64,000 bases of DNA, from the NCBI GenBank assembly GCA_024638565.1, contig JAHEKC010000001.1, positions 10,245 to 74,244 on the forward strand, in the 5' to 3' direction. This DNA comes from Bacteroidota bacterium (GTDB lineage: Bacteria > Bacteroidota > Bacteroidia > AKYH767-A > OLB10). The translations under genes and the position numbers were made by a program. The notes beneath the pieces are model-generated. The model saw nothing but the letters and a program-made list of their open reading frames with translations. It was not told the DNA's origin and searched no databases. Of the stretch, positions 11,592 through 20,544 are shown piece by piece (positions within the stretch are counted from its first letter, which is position 1; the number at the start of each line of letters is the position of its first letter).

Positions 11592-13043
11592 CTACAATTC
11601 CTTCCGCAGCCTGGCCACGGGGATGTGCAGCTGTTCCCGGTACTTCGCCACGGTACGCCGGGCGATGTTATAGCCCTTCTCCTTTAACAGCTGTGCCAGC
11701 TGGTCGTCCGGGAGCGGCTTACGCTTGTCCTCGGACCCCACTGCCTCGCTCAGGATCTTCTTTACCTCGCGGCTCGATACTTCCTCGCCGCTTTCCGTGG
11801 TCATCGATTCGGAGAAAAAGGTTTTAAGCAGAAAAGTGCCGAACGGCGTCTGGACATACTTGCTGTTGGCTACACGGGAAACGGTACTGATGTCCATGCC
11901 CACAATTTCCGCAATGTCTTTCAGGATCATCGGCTTGAGCGCTTTTTCGTCTTCTTCCAGGAAATACTCCTGCTGGTATTCCAGGATGGCCTGCATGGTG
12001 CGGAGCAGGGTGGCCTGCCGTTGCTTGATCGCATCGATGAACCACTTGGCGGCATCGAGTTTTTGCTTGACGAACTGGAAAGCTTCCCGGTTGCTTTTCT
12101 TCTTTTCCTTTGCATACCCTTCGAGCATGTCGGAATAGGTGCGGCTCAGGCGCAGCTCCGGGGCATTCCGGGCGTTCAGGGTCAATTCCAGCTTGCCGTC
12201 GTTGTTGTTCAGGATGAAATCGGGAATGATGGCCTCGCTTGTCCGGGCATCAGTGGCGAAGGTACTGCCGGGGCGCGGGTTGAGCTTCAGGATTTCGTGT
12301 ATGGCATCCTTGAGGGTTTCATCATCGAGCCCCAGCGCACCGGCAATCTTGCTGTAATGTTTTTTGGAGAATTCGCTGATATATTCGTCAACGATACGGA
12401 TAGCGTAGCGTGTAAGCCTGTCCTCGTCTTCCCGCCGTTGCAGTTGCAGCAACAGGCATTCCCTCAGGTCGCGTGCCCCAACACCGGCGGGGTCAAAAGT
12501 CTGAATGGTCCGCAGCAGACCCAGCACTTCCTCTCCGGTGGTGGTGATATTCTGGGAAAAGGCCATGTCGTCGACAATGCTCTCCACGTCACGGCGCAGG
12601 TAACCGTCGTCATCCAGGCTGCCGATCAGCTGCAGCCCGATCAAGTGCTGCCTTTCATCCAGTTCCAGGATCCCGAGTTGGGCTACCAGTTGCTCATGGA
12701 ATGATTTGCCACTGGTAAGCGGTGCCTCGTATTTCTCGTCGTCCGCAGAACTGTTGTTGGCAGAAGTTTTGTAATAGGGGATATCGTCGTCGTTGATATA
12801 ATCGTCGATATCGAAATCGTCCTCGGGCTGCTCTTCCGTTTCCTCGCTTTTCTCGTTCCGGTCGTCCAGGTTGTATTCATCCTCTTCTTCCTCTTTGCCT
12901 TCCTCCAGTGCGGGATTTGCCTCCAGCTCCTCCTTGATGCGCTGCTCCAGCGAGGCCGTAGGAACCTGCAGCAGCTTCATGAGCTGTATCTGCTGCGGCG
13001 ATAACTTTTGCAGCATTCGTTGGTGCAGTCCCTGCTTGAGCAT
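11592..13043 (-). CDS. rpoN: RNA polymerase sigma-54 factor
   Basis: The N-terminus carries a Gln/Leu-rich activator-interacting region, followed by an acidic linker. The C-terminus has a helix-turn-helix and the RpoN box (ARRTVAKYRE). Confidence 0.9.
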   Translation of the reverse strand: MLKQGLHQRMLQKLSPQQIQLMKLLQVPTASLEQRIKEELEANPALEEGKEEEEDEYNLDDRNEKSEETEEQPEDDFDIDDYINDDDIPYYKTSANNSSADDEKYEAPLTSGKSFHEQLVAQLGILELDERQHLIGLQLIGSLDDDGYLRRDVESIVDDMAFSQNITTTGEEVLGLLRTIQTFDPAGVGARDLRECLLLQLQRREDEDRLTRYAIRIVDEYISEFSKKHYSKIAGALGLDDETLKDAIHEILKLNPRPGSTFATDARTSEAIIPDFILNNNDGKLELTLNARNAPELRLSRTYSDMLEGYAKEKKKSNREAFQFVKQKLDAAKWFIDAIKQRQATLLRTMQAILEYQQEYFLEEDEKALKPMILKDIAEIVGMDISTVSRVANSKYVQTPFGTFLLKTFFSESMTTESGEEVSSREVKKILSEAVGSEDKRKPLPDDQLAQLLKEKGYNIARRTVAKYREQLHIPVARLRKEL

Positions 13044-13163
13044 AACTCAAAATTAGCTATTAATAATGTCGGTATATACGACCCCGGACGGTTTTAGTTC
13101 GTTGGCAAACAGCGAAAAAGGGTCAGCGGGGGACGATGTAAGAATATGGTGAAAATGGGCCGG

Positions 13164-14549
13164 TCAGAACTCCGCGTTCTGCGGTGTGCGCGGGAACGGG
13201 ATCACGTCCCGGATGTTGGTCATGCCGGTAACGAACAGCATGAGTCTTTCAAACCCCAGCCCGAAACCGGAATGGGGTACGGTGCCGTATTTCCGTGTTT
13301 CGAGGTACCACCACAAGCTTTCCTCCGGAATGTTCATCTCCCGGATCCTGTTTTGCAATACCTCATGCCGCTCCTCCCGCTGGGAGCCTCCTATGATCTC
13401 GCCAATCCAGGGAAACAGCACGTCCATGGCGCGGACGGTCTTGCCATCGTCATTCTGCTTCATGTAAAACGCCTTGATGTCGCGCGGGTAATCAGAAAGA
13501 ATCACCGGGCCCTTGAAATGATCCACCAGGTGATTTTCATGTTCCTTCTGCAGGTCGGCACCCCAGGAAACCGGGTATTCGAATTCCTTGCCGGATGCGG
13601 TCAGGAGATCTATCGCTTCCGTGTATGACATGCGATGGAAGGTGGATGCGGCCGCTGACTGCAGCCTGGCAGTCAGCTCCTGGTCGTACATCTTGTTGAG
13701 AAAAGCCACGTCATCAGCACAATGGTCCAGGATGTAGGCCACCAGGTATTTGAGCATGTCCTCCGCCAGGTCCATGTTATCATGAATGTCGTAGAATGCC
13801 ATTTCCGGTTCGATCATCCAGAATTCCGCCAGGTGCCTTGGGGTATTGGAGTTTTCCGCACGGAAGGTGGGTCCGAACGTGTAAACTTTTCCCAGCGCCA
13901 GGGCCGCCATCTCACCTTCGAGCTGCCCGGAAACGGTAAGGTTCGTTTCCTTGCCGAAGAAATCCTTCTTGAAATCCACGTGCCCTTTTTTATTCCTTGG
14001 CGGGTTGACAGCATCCAGCGTGGTCACGCGGAACATCTCCCCGGCACCTTCAGCATCGGAACCTGTGATAATGGGGGAGTGCAGGTAAAAAAATCCGCGG
14101 TCATTAAAATAGGTGTGAATGGCATAGGACAACGCATGCCGGATGCGTAGCACGGCGCCGAAGGTGTTGGTGCGCGGCCGGAGGTGTGCTATCTCCCGGA
14201 GGAATTCAAGCGAATGGCCTTTCTTCTGCAGCGGGTACGAGGCGGGATCAGCGCTGCCGTAAAGCTCCAGCTTTTCGGCATGCACTTCCACCGGCTGGTC
14301 ACGGCCTTCGGTACGCACCAGCTTGCCGGTGACCGCCACGGCGGCACCCGTGGTCACTGACCGGAGCAACTCCTCCTCGAATTTCGTGGGATCAGCCACT
14401 ACCTGTATGCTGTGAATCACGGATCCGTCATTGACGGCCAGGAATACGATCTTCTTGTTACCCCGCTTTGTGCGCACCCACCCGTTCAGGGTAACGTTGG
14501 TGTCATAGGCCGTTGAGGCCAGCAGCTCCTTGACTGTAGGACTTCCCAT
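13164..14549 (-). CDS. asnS: Asparagine--tRNA ligase
   Basis: The product has an N-terminal OB-fold and class II aaRS motifs ([13 protein letters not shown]). The length and layout match AsnRS. Confidence 0.9.
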   Translation of the reverse strand: MGSPTVKELLASTAYDTNVTLNGWVRTKRGNKKIVFLAVNDGSVIHSIQVVADPTKFEEELLRSVTTGAAVAVTGKLVRTEGRDQPVEVHAEKLELYGSADPASYPLQKKGHSLEFLREIAHLRPRTNTFGAVLRIRHALSYAIHTYFNDRGFFYLHSPIITGSDAEGAGEMFRVTTLDAVNPPRNKKGHVDFKKDFFGKETNLTVSGQLEGEMAALALGKVYTFGPTFRAENSNTPRHLAEFWMIEPEMAFYDIHDNMDLAEDMLKYLVAYILDHCADDVAFLNKMYDQELTARLQSAAASTFHRMSYTEAIDLLTASGKEFEYPVSWGADLQKEHENHLVDHFKGPVILSDYPRDIKAFYMKQNDDGKTVRAMDVLFPWIGEIIGGSQREERHEVLQNRIREMNIPEESLWWYLETRKYGTVPHSGFGLGFERLMLFVTGMTNIRDVIPFPRTPQNAEF

Positions 14550-14559
14550 TCCGGCAAAG

Positions 14560-15306
14560 CTATATTAGAAACCGTTTTTGTAACAGGGCCGTGATTTCCG
14601 TGAAGGCCTCCGATTCCAGGTCGGATTCGAACCTGCCGGCCACCACTTCTTCAAGCAATCCCCGGGCTTCTGCCAGCGAAGCAGCGGCGTTCACTTTGGC
14701 AATGCAATCATTGTACTCCTTGAGGTTCCCGTCGAACAGGGCATTCACGAACTTGTACTTCTCGTTGATGCCAATCATTTGTTTCAGGTCTTCCGCGGGC
14801 GAGGAGGCCAGCTTCTCCGCGAGGCTTTTCGCGCCCTCGGCCTGTGAGATTTTGTCATGCAGGCTTTGGGGCGCCTCTTCCGGCGCCTCGTCGAACAGCG
14901 TGGCTGGTGGCTTGTTTGCTTCGGACATCACCTTTTGCCTGCGGTCCCGTTGCCGGTCGCTGGAGGCCTGCCCTTCAGGGGCATCGTCGGTTGATTTGCT
15001 GACGGTCGCCGGTTTCGAAGCTTGCGCCGATGGCGCCCCGGGGTCCTGCTCCCGGAAGGATTCTTCCGCGTGACGTTTATCTAGGGACATTTTTACCAGT
15101 TGCGCCTGGGCCGTCGCCGAATCAGGCATGGCGGGAGCACCGGGTTCCGCATCCAGGGAGAGCAGCAGGTCGTACAGCTCGCGTGTATCACGCAGTGACA
15201 TGTCCAGGTCCAGCTTCGACACCGGGTTGGTTTTCATTTGGCCGGCACGCGCTTCCAGTTTGCGTACCAGTGCCAGGATTTTGTCTGTGGCAGCGCCTTT
15301 ATCCAT
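14560..15306 (-). CDS. Hypothetical acidic protein with low-complexity/disordered centre
   Basis: This 248-aa ORF lies 10 nt upstream of asnS on the same strand. The middle section is Ala/Ser/Glu/Pro-rich. I recognise no domain. Confidence 0.45.
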   Translation of the reverse strand: MDKGAATDKILALVRKLEARAGQMKTNPVSKLDLDMSLRDTRELYDLLLSLDAEPGAPAMPDSATAQAQLVKMSLDKRHAEESFREQDPGAPSAQASKPATVSKSTDDAPEGQASSDRQRDRRQKVMSEANKPPATLFDEAPEEAPQSLHDKISQAEGAKSLAEKLASSPAEDLKQMIGINEKYKFVNALFDGNLKEYNDCIAKVNAAASLAEARGLLEEVVAGRFESDLESEAFTEITALLQKRFLI

Positions 15307-15417
15307 AGGTGAAGGTTCGTTTTTCTTTAAAAACAGGACGTCTGCAAATATATTGCGCGTATGGAAGCGCAGAGGTTCGAAACCGGGATTTTTGTCACGC
15401 TTTCGCGCGATGACAGG

Positions 15418-15831
15418 TCAGGCAAGGGCGACCACCTTGAGTTCGATGGCAATGGGCGTGGGGAGGCAGTTGATCTCTAACGTGGTTCTGCATGGCTGGT
15501 TATCGCGAAAATACTCAGCCCATAACCTGTTGTAGGCAGGAAAGTCGTCCTTCATGTTGGTTAGGTATACGGTTACGTCCACGATCTTGTCCCAGTGGCT
15601 GCCCGCATCCTCCAGGATGGCTTTGACATTGCCAAATACGGACCTGCACTGCGCTTCAATGTCATATGAAACGATACCACCGTCTTCGCCTAATTCGACG
15701 CCGGGAATCTTTTTCGTTCCGCGTTCACGCGGCCCCACGCCGGACAGGAAAAGCAGTTCACCCACACGCCGGGCATGCGGATACAGGCCTACCGGTTCAG
15801 GGGCTTTATTGGATTCTATCTTTTGATTTGA
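15418..15831 (-). CDS. ridA: RidA/YjgF family reactive-intermediate deaminase
   Basis: The PVGLYPHARRVGELLFLSG...AILEDAGSHWDKIVDVTVYL segment matches the YjgF/chorismate-mutase-like fold signature. The start is taken at the internal ATG (MSNQKIES). Confidence 0.75.
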   Translation of the reverse strand, partial: SNQKIESNKAPEPVGLYPHARRVGELLFLSGVGPRERGTKKIPGVELGEDGGIVSYDIEAQCRSVFGNVKAILEDAGSHWDKIVDVTVYLTNMKDDFPAYNRLWAEYFRDNQPCRTTLEINCLPTPIAIELKVVALA

Positions 15832-16040
15832 CATGGCAGTGCGTAAAGATCGATAATCGTCATAAATACCGGTGGCCCGGCAAACCATTCACCCGTGGCC
15901 CCGGAGGAATGGATCCCATCCTGTTCCGCAGTGTGCGCCACCTGGCAAAACCGCCAATGGCACGCCTGTTCCCTGTGTGCCCCGTTCTCAAAGGACAGCT
16001 GGCAACGGGCATCGTTAATGGCAGGCGGACGCTTTTAAAT

Positions 16041-16078
16041 GACTGCCGACTGCCGGTAAAAGACTGCCGACTGCCGGT
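16041..16078. repeat. Heptamer array (GACTGCC)x2-GGTAAAA-(GACTGCC)x2
   Basis: A perfect 17-nt direct repeat, GACTGCCGACTGCCGGT, is separated by AAAA. It lies in the spacer upstream of ridA and 3' of the lipoprotein gene. Confidence 0.6.
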
Positions 16079-16135
16079 CCCGGCGAACACTTGGCCCACT
16101 TCGCCCCGGGTATGAGCTGCAACAGCTTCCGGCAG

Positions 16136-17713
16136 CTACCTCCCCGTATCGAGATCCACCTCCAGGTCCCAGTTCGCCCTGATGGTTATCTCGGCCGGGT
16201 GGTATTGCACCTGTTCCGGTTGCCGCTTTCGCGTGTAGTCACCGGTGTCCCACCTTCCGTTTCCGTTCGCATCGTGGATCAGCCGGACGCGGTAGCCACC
16301 CGGTTCCAGGCGGTCGAAATTCATATCTGTCCTGGCCTCCCTTTCCACCACCACAGATTCACGGGTAAGGAGTTGCACGATTACATTCGTGGTATCCTTC
16401 AGTTTTACCCGCAGGGTCCCCAGGTCGGTGTCCGGCCGGTTGCGGAACCGTATCCGGACGGTATCAGTCCCGGCCTGTCCCCGGAAATCCGTAATGGCGC
16501 CAGGGAGCATTGTAAGCGTGAACGCCGTATCGGGACCAAAGATCCTGTCGATCGCCATTTGCCTTTTCGCCTTGTCCGTAAATGAAATTTTCGGCATCTC
16601 CTGCGGGAGGGAATCAGCTGTCAACATCATCAGGGAGGTGTCGGGTGGCAGGCACGGTAGGGTGAGGTACAACAGGACCCTGCCCGCCGGCGGCACCATG
16701 CCGCCCCTGATGTTGGAGGTGACGGCCGGCCCCGTGGTGATCAGGTTCTTCCCGGTCTTCCGCCATGCCTGGATGGCGACAGTGTCGAACGGCATCCCGT
16801 TATTCATGCATACGACTTGCAGGGTATCCTGCGTGGTATCCGAAAACCACAGCAGCAGCGTGTCACGCGTGGCATTATACTCTTCGGCGGACCAGGGTGC
16901 TTCATCCATGCCCATGGCATGTACGCCCGGGTTTTGGTATGGCTCATTGAATGTGATGCGAAACAGGCCCGGTGCTGCGAGGCGCGATTCCGCTAGTCTC
17001 AGGGATGCGGCAGGCTGCCTGAACATGCGCAGGGTCAGGGAGACAGTGTCTGCCGCTGACACCGCCGAATCGGCGAAAGCCACATTTTCCCCTTCGTCGT
17101 GCGTGTAATCGCTGTCGGCATCCTGCAGGGCAAGCACCCTGTAGGATCCTGCGGCCATGTGTGTAAAGCGAAACCGGCCCGATTCGTCCGTTCGCGTGAA
17201 GTACCCGGGAAGCGAGTCTGGGGCGCCCACCAGGTATAACATCACCGTTACACCTTGTTGTGGTTCCAGGTCCCGGGCCGCATGCACGTGACCGCCAAGG
17301 GTAAGCGAATCAAGAAATTTCCCGGTGGAAAAGACATATTTGAAACCAGGGATGGCATTGTTCTCCCGGATATCAGTGATGGCATCGCCGAAGTTGATGG
17401 TGTAGGTCGTACGGGGCCTCAGGTCCTGCTGGAACCGTATGATCAAAGATCTTTTCCGCACCTGGATTTCCGGCATGGGATCCATGGGGGGTGAGACGAC
17501 AAGCTGCTTTTGCAGGTTGTCAAGCCGGATGAACTCATCGAAGTCGATCCGCACTTCCTTTGCGGTCATTCCCGTGCTGAAGTTTTCGGGCATCGAAAAA
17601 GTGGCTTTCGGCGGATCCGTGTCCTGGGTGCCTCCTGAGGGTGAAACCTTGTTCGCGCAGGCGCCGATCAGGCATGCCCATACGGCAAGGAAGGGCGTGA
17701 TGACCTGCTTCAT
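16136..17713 (-). CDS. Lipoprotein, predicted Ig-like/beta-rich surface protein (hypothetical)
   Basis: The signal peptide carries an LIGACAN lipobox. The rest is predominantly beta-type composition. I found no catalytic motif. Confidence 0.5.
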   Translation of the reverse strand: MKQVITPFLAVWACLIGACANKVSPSGGTQDTDPPKATFSMPENFSTGMTAKEVRIDFDEFIRLDNLQKQLVVSPPMDPMPEIQVRKRSLIIRFQQDLRPRTTYTINFGDAITDIRENNAIPGFKYVFSTGKFLDSLTLGGHVHAARDLEPQQGVTVMLYLVGAPDSLPGYFTRTDESGRFRFTHMAAGSYRVLALQDADSDYTHDEGENVAFADSAVSAADTVSLTLRMFRQPAASLRLAESRLAAPGLFRITFNEPYQNPGVHAMGMDEAPWSAEEYNATRDTLLLWFSDTTQDTLQVVCMNNGMPFDTVAIQAWRKTGKNLITTGPAVTSNIRGGMVPPAGRVLLYLTLPCLPPDTSLMMLTADSLPQEMPKISFTDKAKRQMAIDRIFGPDTAFTLTMLPGAITDFRGQAGTDTVRIRFRNRPDTDLGTLRVKLKDTTNVIVQLLTRESVVVEREARTDMNFDRLEPGGYRVRLIHDANGNGRWDTGDYTRKRQPEQVQYHPAEITIRANWDLEVDLDTGR

Positions 17714-18198
17714 AGCCTGTCGCTGATAAGCGTGGCGACCTCTTCGAGGTACCTGCGGTCTGTTTCGTCGAATGCATCGGCCTGGTCGCTGTCCACATCC
17801 AGCACCATGGCCACCTGGTTGTTGCGTATGACCGGTATCACGATCTCCGAACGCGACAGCGTGCTGCAGGCAATATGGCCCGGAAATGCATGCACGTCCG
17901 GAACGACAACAGTTTCACCACTTGCCCAGCTGGTTCCGCATACGCCCTTGCCGTAGCCGATGCGTGTGCATGCCACAGGTCCCTGGAACAGGTCCAGCAA
18001 CAGCACCTCCCTGTCATTGCCGTTGCCGGGCGCCACACGGTACAACCCGATCCATAACCATTTCATCTCTTCCTTCAGGGCTGCGAGCAGGTTGCCCACC
18101 GCGGGAACAAAAGCGGATTCCGCCCGGAGCAGTTCACGGAGTCCCGGCATCAGGGCGGCGTACCGGCCCGCTTTATCTGTTTGCGCTGTGGTCATAAC
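17710..18198 (-). CDS. GAF domain-containing protein (free Met-R-sulfoxide reductase-like)
   Basis: The GAF fold is suggested by the conserved Cys-containing motif (YGKGVCG) and VIPV...VLDVDS. The start is an internal ATG (MTTAQTD). The gene overlaps the ComF gene stop. Confidence 0.65.
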   Translation of the reverse strand, partial: VMTTAQTDKAGRYAALMPGLRELLRAESAFVPAVGNLLAALKEEMKWLWIGLYRVAPGNGNDREVLLLDLFQGPVACTRIGYGKGVCGTSWASGETVVVPDVHAFPGHIACSTLSRSEIVIPVIRNNQVAMVLDVDSDQADAFDETDRRYLEEVATLISDRL

Positions 18199-18881
18199 TG
18201 GTTGGCATAGGCCATCGCGGCAACGCTTACCCGGGCACCGGGAAGCGATAGCAGCGCTTCGGCGCATGCGGCTGTAGTCGAACCGGTGGTAATGACATCG
18301 TCCACGACCAGGAAATGCCTGTTCGCAGGACGCTTTAACGGTGTGAATACGTCGTGCACGTTTTGCCAGCGTTCAAACCGGTGTTTGCGGGTTTGCGATT
18401 CGGTGGGTCTGTTCCTGCACAGCAGCTGGTTATCCACCGGCACACCCAGGGCACGTGACATCCCGTCGGCAAAACAAACACTTTGATTGAAACCACGGCT
18501 GCGCTGCCGCGCCGGATGCAGCGGGACAGGAATGATCGCATCTACCCTTTGGAATCCGTCGAGGCGGCACAACTCTGTTCCGAACAGGTGTCCGATGAAC
18601 ACGCCAATGTCTTTCCGCTTGCGGTACTTGAGGTTATATACGAGCCGCTGTACCCTTTTGCCCTTGTTGAACTGCAGGAAGGCCGCCGCCGCGCCGACCC
18701 TTACCTTGCCCCAGAAATGACGCGCCACGGCATTGTCCTGCCCGTTCCTGGTGCGGATCCGGGGCAGGTGGTACAGGCATGAAGTGCATACCACCCGCTC
18801 CCCGGTTGCCAGCCCTGAACCGCAAGCCTGGCATAACCTCGGGAAAAAGAGGGAAATCAGGCCTTCCACCCGTTGGTTCAT
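18192..18881 (-). CDS. comF: ComF family protein (phosphoribosyltransferase domain)
   Basis: The N-terminus has a zinc-finger-like CxxC...CxxC region (CQACGSG...CTSC). The C-terminus has a PRTase motif (VVDDVITTGST). The long ORF reaches 18941; the start could be 18941 or 18881. Confidence 0.7.
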   Translation of the reverse strand: MNQRVEGLISLFFPRLCQACGSGLATGERVVCTSCLYHLPRIRTRNGQDNAVARHFWGKVRVGAAAAFLQFNKGKRVQRLVYNLKYRKRKDIGVFIGHLFGTELCRLDGFQRVDAIIPVPLHPARQRSRGFNQSVCFADGMSRALGVPVDNQLLCRNRPTESQTRKHRFERWQNVHDVFTPLKRPANRHFLVVDDVITTGSTTAACAEALLSLPGARVSVAAMAYANQL

Positions 18882-19082
18882 CACGGGTAAATGTACCCAT
18901 TTTGCCCTAATTCCTTCATTATTCAAGGCTTGCAAAGCCATTTCCGTGCATCCTTTTTCAATGAATCACGTAGAAGAGGTGTCAGCATTTTGCCTGGAGA
19001 ACCAGAGTAGTCCGCGAATTACAGGCGGGTTTCATCGAAAAAATAAACGCTAATTTAGTCCCGTAAGCCAAACCGGAAGGCC

Positions 19083-20018
19083 ATGTCAGACCAATTTCAA
19101 GAAACGGCGGAAATAGACCACAAGGAGCAGGACTCCAAGAAGGTTATCGTCATTGTGGTGATTTCCATTTTGCTTGCCGTCAACGGTTTGCTGCTCTGGC
19201 AGTTTTTCGACAAGAAAACCCATCTCGAAGAGGTTAATAAAACCCTCGATTCTACCATCGCCGAGCGTGATGCCATCTCCGCGGAGCTGCAGCGGGTTAA
19301 AAACGAATACGATAAAATCAACCAGGAGAATGCAGGGTTGCAAAGCCAGCTTTCTGCCAAGGACGAGGAAATCAAGAACAAGATCGCCGAGATCCAGCGG
19401 CTCATCAATTCGGGTGATGCCGTGCAGTTGCAGAAAGCCCGCGAGGAGCTGTCTATCCTGAAGGCGCTGAACCAGCGTTATATCACCCAGATCGACTCGT
19501 TGCGGATCGAAAACGAACAACTGGTGGCCCAGACCGAGTTACTGAACGAGGATCTTTCCACGGAGCGCGGAAAGGTGCAGAGCCTGACACAGGAAAACAC
19601 CCTGCTTGCCAACAAGGTAGCGATAGGCAGCATCCTGCGAACCGTAAACGTAAGTTCCGTCGCGGTTCGTTACAAGTCGAACGGGCGTGAGGCGGAAACC
19701 AAAAGGGCCTCCAGGGCCAGCAAGATCAAAACCTGCTTTACCATTCTCGAGAACAATGTCGTGAATAAAGGCACCAAGGACGCCTATATCCGGGTCCTGG
19801 GACCTGACGGTTCGGTTATCACCACGTCCACGGAATCATTCATGTACAACGGACAGGCTACCTTGTACACGACGCGTGATTCCTTTGATTTCGATAACCA
19901 ACGCACCAGCGTTTGTATTTACAGTGACAAGGGCAGCCAGCTCAGTGGCGGCGACTATACCGTTGAAATATACAGCGGCGGCAGTATCATCGGCAGCACG
20001 AAGATGAAGCTGAAGTAG
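19083..20018 (+). CDS. Hypothetical membrane-anchored coiled-coil protein
   Basis: The product has a single TM helix (VIVIVVISILLAVNGLLLW), an extended coiled-coil and a C-terminal beta-rich domain. I recognise no family. Confidence 0.5.
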   Translation: MSDQFQETAEIDHKEQDSKKVIVIVVISILLAVNGLLLWQFFDKKTHLEEVNKTLDSTIAERDAISAELQRVKNEYDKINQENAGLQSQLSAKDEEIKNKIAEIQRLINSGDAVQLQKAREELSILKALNQRYITQIDSLRIENEQLVAQTELLNEDLSTERGKVQSLTQENTLLANKVAIGSILRTVNVSSVAVRYKSNGREAETKRASRASKIKTCFTILENNVVNKGTKDAYIRVLGPDGSVITTSTESFMYNGQATLYTTRDSFDFDNQRTSVCIYSDKGSQLSGGDYTVEIYSGGSIIGSTKMKLK

Positions 20019-20295
20019 CCGGCCTTTCCAGACATCATTTCTTTTTTACTCGACTTGCGAATGCCCGTAACGGGTGTGGTGTAGCGGTTCAATGTTCATC
20101 GTTCGCCTGCCCTGAAGCTTAATCCAGGCGCTTAGACATTCCAGCCTATGTTAAAGAATCCATACCGGGATATCTGCCTCAAAAAGGTTCCGGGTTCAAA
20201 TGATATACTATCTTTTCTTGTAAAAGAATGGATAAATGATTAGCGATATATGTTTTATGATTTGAGGCATTTGGCTTAGCCAAAGAGATGCGAAA

Positions 20296-20445
20296 CTAAT
20301 CACGGATCACGATTCACGTTTGGTGGCTCAAAGTTTGAAGTAACCAGCGCGCGAACCCATAATCCCGCCAACGCATTAACTCAGTAACTTTACATTTCCT
20401 GCGTTTCTGCGTGAAAAATCAGTTCGTGATTGCTGGTTTGCAGTC
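20296..20445. repeat. Copy 2 of the interspersed noncoding element
   Basis: It has the same ordered blocks as 1211-1325, with indels between blocks. It lies inside a 526-bp ORF-free AT-rich spacer. Confidence 0.45.
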
Positions 20446-20544
20446 TGATGTTTGTGAATATACCATTCGTCGCTCGTCATTCAGGTGTTCGATCCGACTG
20501 CCGCTTACTTCTATGGCCAGGATGATCCCCCAATCGGGCTGCTT

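Noticed and set aside
15958-15973. Sigma-54-like -24/-12 element TGGCACGCCTGTTCC
   Set aside because: The -12 element is TTCC rather than the TTGC consensus, and no plus-strand gene lies downstream for about 3 kb. It is probably a chance match.
15666-16115. 149-aa plus-strand ORF in the ridA upstream spacer
   Set aside because: It overlaps ridA antisense and the heptamer repeat (translated as DCRLPVKDCRLPV), and has no start context or domain. It is probably non-coding.
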